A stretch of DNA of 64,000 nt from Dehalococcoidia bacterium (GTDB lineage Bacteria > Chloroflexota > Dehalococcoidia > Lucifugimonadales > UBA3495), in NCBI GenBank assembly GCA_963668585.1, contig OY764869.1:1867106-1931105 (forward strand). The letters are read 5' to 3'. Position 1 is the stretch's first letter; every line of letters begins with the position of its first letter. Positions 47,608 to 57,496 of the stretch are shown here, one piece after another. A program made the position numbers and the translations under genes. The notes beneath the pieces are model-generated. The model did not search any database and was not told the origin of the DNA. It saw only the letters and a program-made list of their open reading frames with translations.

Positions 47608-48657
47608 GTGGTTGAACCAACCCGGCGCGCAGAAGTGTATCAATACCCCGATACGTTGGACGCGATTGAGGAGTGCTATCGCCGGGGCTGGACTGACGGC
47701 CTTCCTGTGATCCCGCCCACCGCCGAGCGAGTGGATGCCATGCTGGAAGCGGTTGGCTTGTCGCCGGACACAGTGTTGGGTGAGGTGCCGGTGCGGCGAC
47801 GGACTCTGACCGCCGAGCAGGCCGCCGCCAACGCGGTGATGGCGGGTTGCCTTCCGGCATATTTTCCCATCGTTTTGGCCACGCTGAGGGTGCTGTTCGA
47901 GCACGACCCCAACTGCATTCACGAGGTGTCGGCGGTGACCAACTCCACCGGATTGCTCACCATCGTCAATGGCCCGATACGGCGTGAGATTGAGTTGAAC
48001 TGCACCGACAATCTGTTCAGTCCGGGATACCGCGCCAACTCAACCATCGGACGCGCCCTGCGGCTCATATTAATCAACGTGTTTGAGCAACGCCCCGGCG
48101 TGCTGGACCGCGGGTGCATGGGCAGCCTGACCAAGTTCGGCGTGGTCTTTGGGGAAGACGAAGAAAATAGCCCCTGGGAACCGTTCCACGCCAGCATGGG
48201 CTTTTCACCGGAACAGTCAACGGTGACGGTGGCGACAATCCAGGACCCGTCCATGCACGGCAATCGATATGGTACGACGGGAGAGAGTCTGCTGGATTCG
48301 ATTGCCGATGGCATGGCGTCTCACGGTTTGGGGATCTATTTCGGCCGCGGAATCAAGTGGGTTTGGGTCGTCGGCCACTGGCATTCCGAACTCCTGGGGC
48401 GCCAGGGCTGGAGCCGCCGGGATATGCAGGAATACCTGTACGAGCGTGCTTGGCGATCAACGGGGCAATTGAAACGACTGGGGATGGCCAACGGAGCGGT
48501 GGTTGAGGGGGACGATGAGAAACAACAGATGACGGTGGACAGCCCTGACGATATCCTGATTGTTAAGGCGGGAGGCGACAGCGGCATCTACAGCGAGTTG
48601 ATCATGAACTATTTCGGCGTGCCGGCGGTTATCACCGAGATTACTGAAGGTGCGTGA
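47608..48657 (+). CDS. Conserved-looking protein of unknown function (GWTDGLPVIPPT motif)
   Basis: 349-aa ORF with normal composition. AGGAG RBS before GTG 47608. Lies 24 nt upstream of the UGSC-type gene. I cannot name a family. Confidence 0.7.
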   Translation: MVEPTRRAEVYQYPDTLDAIEECYRRGWTDGLPVIPPTAERVDAMLEAVGLSPDTVLGEVPVRRRTLTAEQAAANAVMAGCLPAYFPIVLATLRVLFEHDPNCIHEVSAVTNSTGLLTIVNGPIRREIELNCTDNLFSPGYRANSTIGRALRLILINVFEQRPGVLDRGCMGSLTKFGVVFGEDEENSPWEPFHASMGFSPEQSTVTVATIQDPSMHGNRYGTTGESLLDSIADGMASHGLGIYFGRGIKWVWVVGHWHSELLGRQGWSRRDMQEYLYERAWRSTGQLKRLGMANGAVVEGDDEKQQMTVDSPDDILIVKAGGDSGIYSELIMNYFGVPAVITEITEGA

Positions 48658-48681
48658 ACCCGGAGAAAAGAGGAGAATGAA

Positions 48682-49245
48682 ATGACTATTGGCAATGCCG
48701 CAACCGTTCAATTGATTGATCCGACCGGGTTTGATCCGGGAGAATCCCCGCTGGTCATGGCGGCGCGCCCGGTTGACCTTCGGGGCGGCCGACTGGGGCT
48801 GCTGGACAATTCCAAGGCCAACTCGGATGCCATTCTGTGGGCCATTGCGCGCGCGCTGGACGAGGAGTTCGAGTTTTCGAATATCCATTACGTCCAGAAA
48901 CACAGCGCTTCGTTGCCGCCGCACCCGGAAGTCATGGCTGACCTGCATCGGAACTCGGACTTTGTGATCGCCGGCGTGGGTGATTGAGGGGGCTGCTCGT
49001 CGGGCAGTTTGCACGACGGAATAACCCTGGAGCGGCAGGGCATCCCCGCAGCCACGATTATCACGACGGTGTTCGCGAACACCGCCCGGGCGTACACGCG
49101 CCTCATGGGTGTTCCCAACTTCCCGTATCTGATGTGCCCACACCCCATCACCAACGTGGATGGTGCAGCGCTACAGGCGCGCGCGCAGGAACTGATTCCG
49201 GGCGTGCGCAGTTTGCTCATCAACGGCGCCCTGACCTCCAATTAG
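48682..49245 (+). CDS. UGSC-family (seleno)protein candidate with in-frame TGA (Sec) at 48985-48987
   Basis: Track ORFs 48682..48987 and 49009..49245 share a frame with no further stop between them. Read through, the sequence is ...VIAGVGD-U-GGCSSGSLHDGITLERQGIP... (UxxC). GAGGAG RBS before ATG 48682. 187 aa. Confidence 0.72.
48998..49018 (+). promoter_or_regulatory. SECIS-like hairpin candidate downstream of UGA 48985-48987
   Basis: CGUCG-G-GCA / GUU / UGC-A-CGACG (5 bp, 1x1 mismatch, 3 bp), starting 10 nt after the UGA. An alternative fold is CUGC (48993-48996) / GCAG (49004-49007). Confidence 0.4.
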
Positions 49246-49272
49246 GCGCGTCCCGGATCGGATACCGTTGCC

Positions 49273-51057
49273 ATGGCAGGTTTTTCAAATTTCATTCGCC
49301 GCTTCGTCGGCAGGTTGCGCGACCAGGAAAGCGACGCACCGGAATCCCGGTTACCCGAAGCGATTCCGGGGTTGGATCGCGACCCCGTCCCGGAGCCACT
49401 GGACGTCTCGGACGGGGTGGTGGGCCGCGACCCGCCGGCCCTTTCCGTGGACGCGCCCCTGGCGACTCCGGACGTCGGCGGAATACCGGCACGGCCGGCG
49501 CAGAACCCGGAATTCGCCTTCACTTCCGAAAGGATGGCGACGCCGACGGCAGAATTTGCGGGCGCGGCAGTCGCGGAACCCGCCACGACCCCGATGGACG
49601 ATGGCGGGCTGCTTGACGATGATGTGCTGCGCGAAGACCCGCTGTCCACTGCCTGCCCGTATTGCGGGTTGGTTGACCAGAGAGTCGGGGCGCGTTGCCA
49701 GCGATGCTCCCAGGTTGTGGTGCGCCTGCCCGCGTGGGCTCAACACCGGCGGCACAACTGGCTGTTTGCCCGTCTTTCATGGAAAAGGCTAATATTCGCT
49801 TCCATAGTCGCCCTGCTGATCGTGTTCGTGGTTTGGGTGAACTACCCGTTCGCTCCGAATCCGTTGATCCTGCTGAAAAAGATCCAGTCCCAGATGACTG
49901 CCGACGTGAGTCCCGGTGTTTGGACCATCTCGGGCCGGGACTTACGCAACAGCCGCAGCATTGACGTCGGTTTTCCGCCTCCGGAGGGAACGGTGGTCTG
50001 GAATAGTTTCATTGCCGAACCGTTGAACTCTGAACCGGTGGCGCAGCATTCCAACATATACGTCGGGTCTGCGGACGGGATCTACTCGGTTGCGGAACAC
50101 GACGGCAAGATCAGAGAAGGTTGGGATGGCAACACGCCGGGACGCATCACCGGGGCCGCCGCGGTTGTGGAGTCGTATCTGTTCTTTGGCAGCACCGACC
50201 ATACCGTGAATGCCTGGAACGCGTTGACGGGCGATGCCTGGTGGAGTTTTCCTGCGGAAGATACAGTGGAAGTTTCCCCTGTTATCTCCGATGGGCTAGT
50301 GTACATAAGTTCAGGAAAGGGCTGGTTGTATGCGCTTGACGCCAACAATGGGTCTGTGATCTGGCAAACTCAATTGGACAGCGACGCCAGCGACGCCGTG
50401 GCCATCCATGATGGCAAGTTGTTTGTCGGGGACGACAAGGGGATATTCTACGTACTCTCAGCCCGCACTGGGCAGGAGTGGTTCCGGTACCGGACGCTGA
50501 AAACGATCTGGGGTTCTCCGGTTATTTCGGAAGACGGGACGCGGGCGTATTTTTCCTCCAGCGGCCAACTGTATGCGGTCAGCGCCGAGGAGCGAGAAGT
50601 GCCCGGCCTGTATCAATTCAAGAAGGTATGGGCCCAGTTGTGGTTGTGGCAAGTTCCCGGCATACCACGGCCACCCGGACAGCAGGGAGGCCTATGGCGG
50701 TTCGCGCCGGAGAATCCACTTCAGGGTATCTACAGCGCGCCAGCGTTGGCTGAAGACGAGCACGGACAAATTCTGTACGTTGGCGGTCTTGACCACACGA
50801 TGTACGCCCTGAACGCCCTGGATGGGTCTCAACTCTGGACGTTCGACGCCGAGGAGTCCGTTCTGGCGTCACCTGTGGTTATCAAGGATCGGCTCGTCTT
50901 TGGCGACGGAGCAGGCAACCTGTATTCGTTGGACCGCTTCAACGGGTCGCTCGACTGGAAGATATTTGTCGGTGGGCCAATCAAGATTCCGCCCACTATC
51001 AGCAACGAATTGCTGATTGTCCGTACCGATGACGGGCATGTTTACGGCATAAAGTGA
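49273..51057 (+). CDS. Membrane-anchored PQQ-like (BamB-type) beta-propeller protein with an N-terminal zinc ribbon
   Basis: CPYCG...CQRC ribbon, a TM segment LIFASIVALLIVFVVWV, then repeated propeller blades (YVGSADGIYSV, GWLYALDANNGSVIW, LYSLDRFNGSLDW). Confidence 0.85.
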   Translation: MAGFSNFIRRFVGRLRDQESDAPESRLPEAIPGLDRDPVPEPLDVSDGVVGRDPPALSVDAPLATPDVGGIPARPAQNPEFAFTSERMATPTAEFAGAAVAEPATTPMDDGGLLDDDVLREDPLSTACPYCGLVDQRVGARCQRCSQVVVRLPAWAQHRRHNWLFARLSWKRLIFASIVALLIVFVVWVNYPFAPNPLILLKKIQSQMTADVSPGVWTISGRDLRNSRSIDVGFPPPEGTVVWNSFIAEPLNSEPVAQHSNIYVGSADGIYSVAEHDGKIREGWDGNTPGRITGAAAVVESYLFFGSTDHTVNAWNALTGDAWWSFPAEDTVEVSPVISDGLVYISSGKGWLYALDANNGSVIWQTQLDSDASDAVAIHDGKLFVGDDKGIFYVLSARTGQEWFRYRTLKTIWGSPVISEDGTRAYFSSSGQLYAVSAEEREVPGLYQFKKVWAQLWLWQVPGIPRPPGQQGGLWRFAPENPLQGIYSAPALAEDEHGQILYVGGLDHTMYALNALDGSQLWTFDAEESVLASPVVIKDRLVFGDGAGNLYSLDRFNGSLDWKIFVGGPIKIPPTISNELLIVRTDDGHVYGIK

Positions 51058-51121
51058 GCGCTGCGATCGCCCTTCCGATGTCGTAACCCTGCCGGAGTTG
51101 CCGACCCTGGCGCCAAATAGC

Positions 51122-51156
51122 AAACCGGCCCCGTCCGCTGGACGAGGCCGGTTTTT
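51122..51156. terminator. Bidirectional rho-independent terminator between convergent genes
   Basis: AAACCGGCC (51122-51130) / GGCCGGTTT (51146-51154) with an inner CGTC/GACG helix. T-run on the plus strand and TTTGCTATTT on the minus strand. Confidence 0.85.
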
Positions 51157-51173
51157 CGGTGATGCGGGTGATC

Positions 51174-52154
51174 TCAGTACAGGTGGCAGGAGACGCGGTG
51201 GCCAGGCGATACCTCTTTTTCCACCGGCGCTTCCTCCGAACATTGCGGCATGGCAAACGGACAGCGTGGATGGAACCGGCATCCGGTGGGCGGATTGATG
51301 GGGGATGGCACCTCGCCCTGCAGCACGATGTCTTCGCGAATCAAGTCCGGGTGCGACGGCAGCGCGGCGGAGAACAACGCTCGGGTATAGGGATGCAGGG
51401 CGTTGCTGTAGAGTTCCTCGGTCTCGGCGTACTCGACGATTTGGCCAAGGTACATTACCGCAGTCTCGTGGGCCATGTAGCGGACGGTGGCCAAGTTGTG
51501 CGCGATCAGCAGGTAACTGACGTTGTACTGCTCCTGCAGGTCTTTCAGAAGGTTCATGACCTGGGCGCGGATGGACACGTCCAGCGCCGACACCGGCTCG
51601 TCCAGGACAATCAGCTTGGGGTAAGAAACCAGCGCGGACGCCACCGCGATGCGCTGTCGTTGCCCTCCGCTGAACTCATGCGGGTAGTTGGTCGCCTGCT
51701 GGGAGTGCAATCCGACCTGTGCCAGAACTTCGGAGACACGCTCATTCTTTTCCTGTGTGGTCACGTTTCGGTTGACCACCAAGGGCTCTGAAACTATGTC
51801 CCGAACCCTCATGCGGGGACTCAACGACGACCACGGATCCTGGAAGACTGCCTGCACCGTCGTCCGGTATTCCTGCAACTGGGTTCCGCGGAACGAGTTG
51901 ATGTCTTCGCCTTCGAGGAGGATTTCACCCTCGGTGGGGCGTTCGAGCCGCAACAAAAGTTTGCTGGTGGTGGTTTTTCCGCAACCCGATTCGCCCACCA
52001 GGCCAACGGTCTCGCCCTGTTTGATGGAGAACGAAATGCCGTCCACCGCCTGCACGTAACCGATGGTCTTCATCATTATGAGACCCTTGGTTACGGGGAA
52101 ATATTTCTTCAGGTTGCGAACTTCCAGAAGATTGTCGTTAGTTGCCACTGCCAT
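51174..52154 (-). CDS. ABC transporter ATP-binding protein, oligopeptide/dipeptide type (OppF/DppF-like)
   Basis: Walker [10 protein letters not shown], signature FSGGQRQR, Walker B LIVLDEP and a C-terminal oligopeptide-type domain (CRFHPRCP). Confidence 0.93.
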   Translation of the reverse strand: MAVATNDNLLEVRNLKKYFPVTKGLIMMKTIGYVQAVDGISFSIKQGETVGLVGESGCGKTTTSKLLLRLERPTEGEILLEGEDINSFRGTQLQEYRTTVQAVFQDPWSSLSPRMRVRDIVSEPLVVNRNVTTQEKNERVSEVLAQVGLHSQQATNYPHEFSGGQRQRIAVASALVSYPKLIVLDEPVSALDVSIRAQVMNLLKDLQEQYNVSYLLIAHNLATVRYMAHETAVMYLGQIVEYAETEELYSNALHPYTRALFSAALPSHPDLIREDIVLQGEVPSPINPPTGCRFHPRCPFAMPQCSEEAPVEKEVSPGHRVSCHLY

Positions 52155-52205
52155 GGGGAGCGGTCCTCCTCAATTTGAAATGGGGGAGTGCGATGATGTA
52201 CGGAG

Positions 52206-53249
52206 TTAGCCGGCAGACCCGGTGGGAGGGATGAATTCCTCTATCTGGGTACCCTGCCAATCGGGGTCCAGGGCCCAGCAATCGGCATGATGAGCTTCCG
52301 CCAACTGGTACGACGGCGGGTAGCCTTCATAGCACTGGTCGGCCGCGTAGGGACACCGGGGCGCGAAGCGACAACCCTCGGGGAGGTTGGAAAGGAGCGG
52401 CGGTTGTCCGTCAATGGAGTATAGGCGGTCCACCCGCTCTTCCAACTTGGGAACTGAATTGATCAGGGCTTGTGTGTAGGGATGCGCCGGACGGCTGAAT
52501 ATGTCGCGAACGTCTCCCTGTTCAATGATTCGCCCCGCATACATCACCGCCACCCGGTCGCACATCCTCGCCACCACGCCGAAGTCGTGAGTGATGAAGA
52601 TGATCGCCAGACCGGTTTCCGCCTGAATTTCCTTGAGGAGGCGGAGATACTGCAACTGGATGGTGACGTCAAGGGCGGTTGTGGGCTCGTCAGCAATGAT
52701 GATGCCGGGCTCGCAGGACATTGCGATGGCGCCGACCACGCGTTGTTTCATGCCGCCGGACATCTGGTGCGGATAGTCGTCGAGCCGTCGTTCCGGGGCC
52801 GCGACGTTCACCTTGCGCAAGGCGTCAACTGCCCTGGAGATCATCGAGCTTTTGTTTTCTCTGTGCGCGATCCCCAGGGCTTCCCGAAGCTGGTTGCCTA
52901 TGGTGAAGACCGGGTTCAGCGATGTCTGCGGGTCCTGCAGGATCATTGAGATCTGGCGGCCACGAACGTCTCGCATCTCATCCTCGCTTTTTTGGAGGAT
53001 GTCTTCGCCGTTCAACACGATCTGGCCTTCAACGATACGCCCCGCGGGCTTGGGGACCAACCTCAGAAGAGACAGGGCCGTCATGGTCTTTCCGCAGCCG
53101 GACTCTCCAACGATGCCCAGAGTCTCGCCTTTGCGCAGGTTGAACGAGATGCCGTCCACCGCTTTGACGATGGCAGCGCGAGTGAAAATATAGGTTTTGA
53201 GGTCGCTGACTTCCAGAATGGTGTCAGTGGCAGTTTGTACAGCTGTCAT
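52206..53249 (-). CDS. ABC transporter ATP-binding protein, oligopeptide/dipeptide type (OppD/DppD-like)
   Basis: [29 protein letters not shown] and CRFAPRCP. Confidence 0.93.
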   Translation of the reverse strand: MTAVQTATDTILEVSDLKTYIFTRAAIVKAVDGISFNLRKGETLGIVGESGCGKTMTALSLLRLVPKPAGRIVEGQIVLNGEDILQKSEDEMRDVRGRQISMILQDPQTSLNPVFTIGNQLREALGIAHRENKSSMISRAVDALRKVNVAAPERRLDDYPHQMSGGMKQRVVGAIAMSCEPGIIIADEPTTALDVTIQLQYLRLLKEIQAETGLAIIFITHDFGVVARMCDRVAVMYAGRIIEQGDVRDIFSRPAHPYTQALINSVPKLEERVDRLYSIDGQPPLLSNLPEGCRFAPRCPYAADQCYEGYPPSYQLAEAHHADCWALDPDWQGTQIEEFIPPTGSAG

Positions 53250-53252
53250 GAG

Positions 53253-54338
53253 TTAAACGTTCCTCAATTTGGGGTCCAGTTTGTCCCTTAGCCAGTCTCC
53301 CAGGAGGTTCATAGAGAGTACCGTAAGGACGATTGCCAGGCAAGGGAAAAGGAAAATCCACCAAGCGGTCGTGATCAGGTCTCTCCCATCAGCAACCATA
53401 ACCCCCCAAGCCGGCGTGGGCGCCGGGATACCTGCGCCCAGGAAGCTCAGGGTGGACTCCAGGATTATGACGTGGCCCACCTCCAAAGTGGCTAATACTA
53501 CCACTGTATTGACCAGATTGGGGAAAATGTGCCTCATCATTATGCGGGCGTTGGAAGCGCCGGAAACTCGCGCTCTGTCGATGAAGTCCTGCTGCTTGAT
53601 GGCGAGCGCTTCTCCTCTCACGACACGCGCGTAGCGCGCCCACAACAGCACCGCGATCACCACGATCACCGTGGTGAAACCGGCTCCGATGGCGGCTACC
53701 AGCACCAATGCCAGGAGTATGGAAGGGAAGGCCAGTTTGATATCGACAACGCGCATGATTACGGCGTCGGTTTTGCCGCCACGGTAGGCCGCGAGCATCC
53801 CCAGCACGGTGCCCAATCCGCCACCCAGAAGGATAGCGAGCGAGGATACAAGCAGTGAAATCCGGGCGCCGTGCATGATGCGGCTCAGGATGTCCCTACC
53901 CTGTTTGTCGGTGCCCAGTGGGTACTCCATGGAGCCGCCCTTTTGGGACAGGAACCGGAGGGTATCGCCCGGATTGACCTCGCCATCTTCGCCACCGGTA
54001 ATGATGGTCGCCTCGCCGCGTTCAACTTTGCGCTGGGCGTTGGACAGGCCAATTTCGACGTCGAGACGATTGCGATCGGCCCGTTGCACCACCATCCGTT
54101 GTTCGAAACTTTCCGATATCCAGAAAGGTGGAAGTTTGGCGTCGTCAAGCACTCCAATCCGTTGGCTGTGGGGCGCGAGCTGGTTTGCGAAAATCGCCGG
54201 AACCGCCAGGAGCGCAATGAGGACCAACAGCGGTATCACCGGCAGGCTGCGGGCTACCCGCAGGCCCGCGATCACCCGATTCTCGGGCTGAGGAGTTGCG
54301 GGAGCCGATGCCTCCGGAGTTGTAGTGACTGCTGCCAT
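53253..54338 (-). CDS. ABC transporter permease (OppC/DppC-like), module 1
   Basis: YPLGTDKQGRDILSR motif and BPD-transport domain, with an extended N-terminal extracytoplasmic segment. Confidence 0.92.
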   Translation of the reverse strand: MAAVTTTPEASAPATPQPENRVIAGLRVARSLPVIPLLVLIALLAVPAIFANQLAPHSQRIGVLDDAKLPPFWISESFEQRMVVQRADRNRLDVEIGLSNAQRKVERGEATIITGGEDGEVNPGDTLRFLSQKGGSMEYPLGTDKQGRDILSRIMHGARISLLVSSLAILLGGGLGTVLGMLAAYRGGKTDAVIMRVVDIKLAFPSILLALVLVAAIGAGFTTVIVVIAVLLWARYARVVRGEALAIKQQDFIDRARVSGASNARIMMRHIFPNLVNTVVVLATLEVGHVIILESTLSFLGAGIPAPTPAWGVMVADGRDLITTAWWIFLFPCLAIVLTVLSMNLLGDWLRDKLDPKLRNV

Positions 54339-54392
54339 AATGCACCTCGTTCTTTCAATCGTATCCGGATACGATTAGCGTCCCAACCCTGA

Positions 54393-55313
54393 CTATGAGT
54401 ATCTGATCCGCGGATCAATGTAGGCGTACAGCACATCCACCATGATGTTGATCAGTACAAACGCGGTGGCGAACAGCAACACCACGGCCTGCACCACCAC
54501 GTAGTCTCGGAACAGGATGGCATCAATCACCAGCGCTCCCAGGCCAGGCCAGGCAAACACTGTTTCGATGACCACCGAACCGGTGATCAGGACTGCGCCG
54601 ATCAGGCCGAAATAAGTCAGTGGCACGATCAACGCATTCCGGAAGCAGTGCTTCCAGATGACCTTCCATTCAGCGACGCCCTTGATCCGGGCCAGCTTGA
54701 CATACTCGGTGTCCAAAACTTCCAGCATGGAAGATCTGGTCAGGCGCATCAGAGCGGCCACATTGTAGTAACCCAATGCCACCGCCGGCAGGATCATGTA
54801 TTCAAACCCGCCGCTGCCCGACGTTGGGAAAAGGTCAAGTTGGACTGCAAAAATCCACATCAGGATCAGCCCCACCGCAAACGTGGGGGCCGACTGGCCA
54901 AGGATGGCGAACAGCTTCCCTCCGTAGTCGAAGGGTGTGTCTTTCTTTATCGCGACGAGCACGCCGATGGGAAAAGCGATCACTCCGCTGACGATAAGGG
55001 CTAGGGCTGACAGTTTGACGGTGTTGGGCAATCGTTCGACGATCAACTCGCCGGCGGAGGCGTTTGGCCACGCCAACGCTTCACCGAGATCGCCACGGAA
55101 CAACTTCCCCAAGTATAGGATGTATTGCATGTGCAGGGGCTTGTCCAGCCCCCACTCTTTCTTGGTCAACTCTATCTGTTCTTCCGACGCTTCCTCCGGC
55201 AGCAACACGTTGAGGGGATCCCCAGAAACGCGAGCCAACGCGAAGGTCACCGTGCTGATTATGAAAATTGCCAGGATGCCCTGGGCAACTCTTCGCAAAA
55301 TGTAGCGTTGCAT
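54393..55313 (-). CDS. ABC transporter permease (OppB/DppB-like), module 1
   Basis: MQRYILRRVAQGILAIF start, the EYVKLARIKG (EAA-loop) motif and C-terminal DPRIRY. Confidence 0.92.
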   Translation of the reverse strand: MQRYILRRVAQGILAIFIISTVTFALARVSGDPLNVLLPEEASEEQIELTKKEWGLDKPLHMQYILYLGKLFRGDLGEALAWPNASAGELIVERLPNTVKLSALALIVSGVIAFPIGVLVAIKKDTPFDYGGKLFAILGQSAPTFAVGLILMWIFAVQLDLFPTSGSGGFEYMILPAVALGYYNVAALMRLTRSSMLEVLDTEYVKLARIKGVAEWKVIWKHCFRNALIVPLTYFGLIGAVLITGSVVIETVFAWPGLGALVIDAILFRDYVVVQAVVLLFATAFVLINIMVDVLYAYIDPRIRYS

Positions 55314-55348
55314 GGCTGCTGTTCCCCCCGTCCAGTTGAAGTCCGGCG

Positions 55349-55385
55349 CCTCCGGCGTCACACCATTTCAGAGCGACGCCGGAGG
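55349..55385 (-). promoter_or_regulatory. Intra-operon hairpin between the binding-protein and permease genes (module 1)
   Basis: 11-bp stem CCTCCGGCGTC (55349-55359) / GACGCCGGAGG (55375-55385), located between the SBP stop (55428) and the permease start (55313). Confidence 0.55.
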
Positions 55386-55427
55386 AAAGGTTGCTGCTGA
55401 CCGTTGTGATTGGGTATCCCGTCAGAG

Positions 55428-57407
55428 TCAGTAACGGACGCCCGTGATGTGTTCCAGGTCGGTGAATTGCCCACCGTATGGTCCGAGATAGATGTACTCC
55501 GCGACCACCTCGGGATCTATCACTACCTGAACCGACAGCGTATGCAGCGGAATGGTCGCAACTTCATAGAACAACTCGTCAGACACGGCGTGCCAGTGAC
55601 CGAGTTGCTCATCGAAATCGAGTGAGTTGAGAGCGTTGAAGGTGTTCTGCCACACCGTGTCGCTCACATAGAAGCGCATGAAGCGTTCCGGGCTATAGGC
55701 GAAGTGAACCGTCGGGTGCGGCGGTTCCGCGTAGCCGCGGAAGGGATAGACGCAACAGTTTGTAGTGGCGCCGCGGTATTCCGCCCGCCACGCGGAGAAT
55801 TCCATCTCGCGGATCTCGGTGGTCAGACCGATTTTCTCCCACATTCCGGCGATGGCGACGACGTAGTCCTTCATCTCCGGCAGTCCGCTCATCGTGTAGC
55901 TGATCATCGGGACGTTGAATCCGTTGGGATAGCCGGCCTCGGCCAGCAGTTCCCTAGCCCTCGCCGGGTCGTGTCCGTAGAGTTCTTCCCAGGAACCTTC
56001 CCAATCGGGATTGTAACCGGCATATTCGCCGCCGAACGCCTCGGCGCTGGGGATCAGCCCGGCCACGCGGGCTTCTGAGCCCTGGCCGTCGAACAGGATG
56101 TCGCGGATGGCGTCGCGGTCAATGGCCTTGTTCATCGCCATGCGCACCAATTTGCCCGTTTCGCCCGGGGCCGCCCACGGCACGGTCGAGTCGTAAGAAG
56201 CGGCGGTGTAGGGATCAAATTCGGGCCCTTCCTTGGTGGCGAAGTACATTCCTCCGAATACCATCATGCTGTTGACGGCGACCACCTGGCTGGGAGACAG
56301 TTCCAGACCATCATCCAGTGCCTGTCCCACCAAAGCGCGGTCGATGGTGGCCAGTTGAGCTTCCCGCGCCAGCATAGCGGCCAGGCGGGTGGACGCTTCT
56401 TCAATTATCTTGATTTCGATGCTGTCCCAGTCCGGGTCAACGCGGTAGTGGTCGCCTGGCGCGCGTTCCCATAGCCAGCCAATGCCTTTTTCGAAGTTGG
56501 CGAACTGGTAGGGTCCGAGCCTTGCCGGGCCCTGCTCCAGGAGCGTGTCTTCCCCGGCGGTGCAATAGCCATCAAGGTGTGCGCTGGTGTCGAAGGATTC
56601 GTAGTCGGTCTCTCCGTTGGGGCACCCTGTGTCCCATTGGGCCTTGCTCGAAATGGGAAGGCCGCGATAGCCGGAGATCCAGTAATCGAAAATCAACTCG
56701 GGCCGGGCGCCCATGGAAATGTTGATTTCATAGTCGCTCAGCACTTCCGGAACTGCTTGTGGGTTGGTTCGGAAATAGTCCGAGTATGACGCCGCGCATA
56801 CGGGGTTGGTGTAGTAGTTGAGGGAATTCACGATGTCATGCGCGGTGAATTCGCCGTATCCGAAATGGAACTCAACCCCTTCACGCAGCTTGAAGTTCCA
56901 CGTCCTGCCATCGGCGCTGACGCTCCAGTCGGTTGCCAGTTGCGGCTCGATGGCTCCGGTGTACCGGTTGGGGTCCAACAGGAATTCGTGAGAAGGTCGG
57001 TGTTGGCTGGTCGCGCTGCCGGTTACGTCGCAGTCCATGATGCCCTGGCGCGTCTGCTGCGAGAAGAGGAATATCAGGTCTCTAGTCTTCAACTCGCCAT
57101 CAGTTGCCGCCGATGCTTCCGTCGGTTGGGGTTGCGCCACCGGTGTGGTCCCGACGAACGACGGGCGAGTGGGGGCGGACGTAGCCGCCGGCTGGGCGGA
57201 TGTAGCAGTCGGAGACGCCTCTTGCTGTCCGGATGAACCTGTGGCGGGCGCCTGAGTGGCCTCAGGGGCCGCAGCTGCCGGCGCAGTGGTCGATTCCGCT
57301 GCTGGCGCAGACTCTTGGGCCCCGCCGCACGCGACAAGGGAGAGCATAGCCACCAAAGCCGCGGCGGTGATCATGATTGGCCAACGAAACGGGCTTATCC
57401 TTCTCAT
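55428..57407 (-). CDS. ABC transporter substrate-binding lipoprotein, family 5 (peptide/nickel/opine type), module 1
   Basis: Lipobox LSLVAC, an Ala/Pro/Thr/Gln-rich linker, then a family-5 SBP body. 659 aa. GGAGGG RBS. Confidence 0.9.
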   Translation of the reverse strand: MRRISPFRWPIMITAAALVAMLSLVACGGAQESAPAAESTTAPAAAAPEATQAPATGSSGQQEASPTATSAQPAATSAPTRPSFVGTTPVAQPQPTEASAATDGELKTRDLIFLFSQQTRQGIMDCDVTGSATSQHRPSHEFLLDPNRYTGAIEPQLATDWSVSADGRTWNFKLREGVEFHFGYGEFTAHDIVNSLNYYTNPVCAASYSDYFRTNPQAVPEVLSDYEINISMGARPELIFDYWISGYRGLPISSKAQWDTGCPNGETDYESFDTSAHLDGYCTAGEDTLLEQGPARLGPYQFANFEKGIGWLWERAPGDHYRVDPDWDSIEIKIIEEASTRLAAMLAREAQLATIDRALVGQALDDGLELSPSQVVAVNSMMVFGGMYFATKEGPEFDPYTAASYDSTVPWAAPGETGKLVRMAMNKAIDRDAIRDILFDGQGSEARVAGLIPSAEAFGGEYAGYNPDWEGSWEELYGHDPARARELLAEAGYPNGFNVPMISYTMSGLPEMKDYVVAIAGMWEKIGLTTEIREMEFSAWRAEYRGATTNCCVYPFRGYAEPPHPTVHFAYSPERFMRFYVSDTVWQNTFNALNSLDFDEQLGHWHAVSDELFYEVATIPLHTLSVQVVIDPEVVAEYIYLGPYGGQFTDLEHITGVRY

Positions 57408-57496
57408 GGAACCCTCCTTTTGGTTCTATATGGGTTGGCTCGAAGCTGTTTGCGTGGGTTGCCCTCCGGTTTGACGATGTGAATTGCTGCTTCCCG

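Noticed and set aside
48655-48684. The TGA ending the 349-aa ORF (48655-48657) is in frame with the UGSC gene ATG (48682), so a third Sec read-through that fuses the two proteins is conceivable.
   Set aside because: The 24-nt spacer contains a strong GAGGAG RBS at proper distance from ATG 48682. The spacer peptide (TRRKEENE) looks like linker noise, and no hairpin follows this TGA. Being in frame is a 1-in-3 coincidence.
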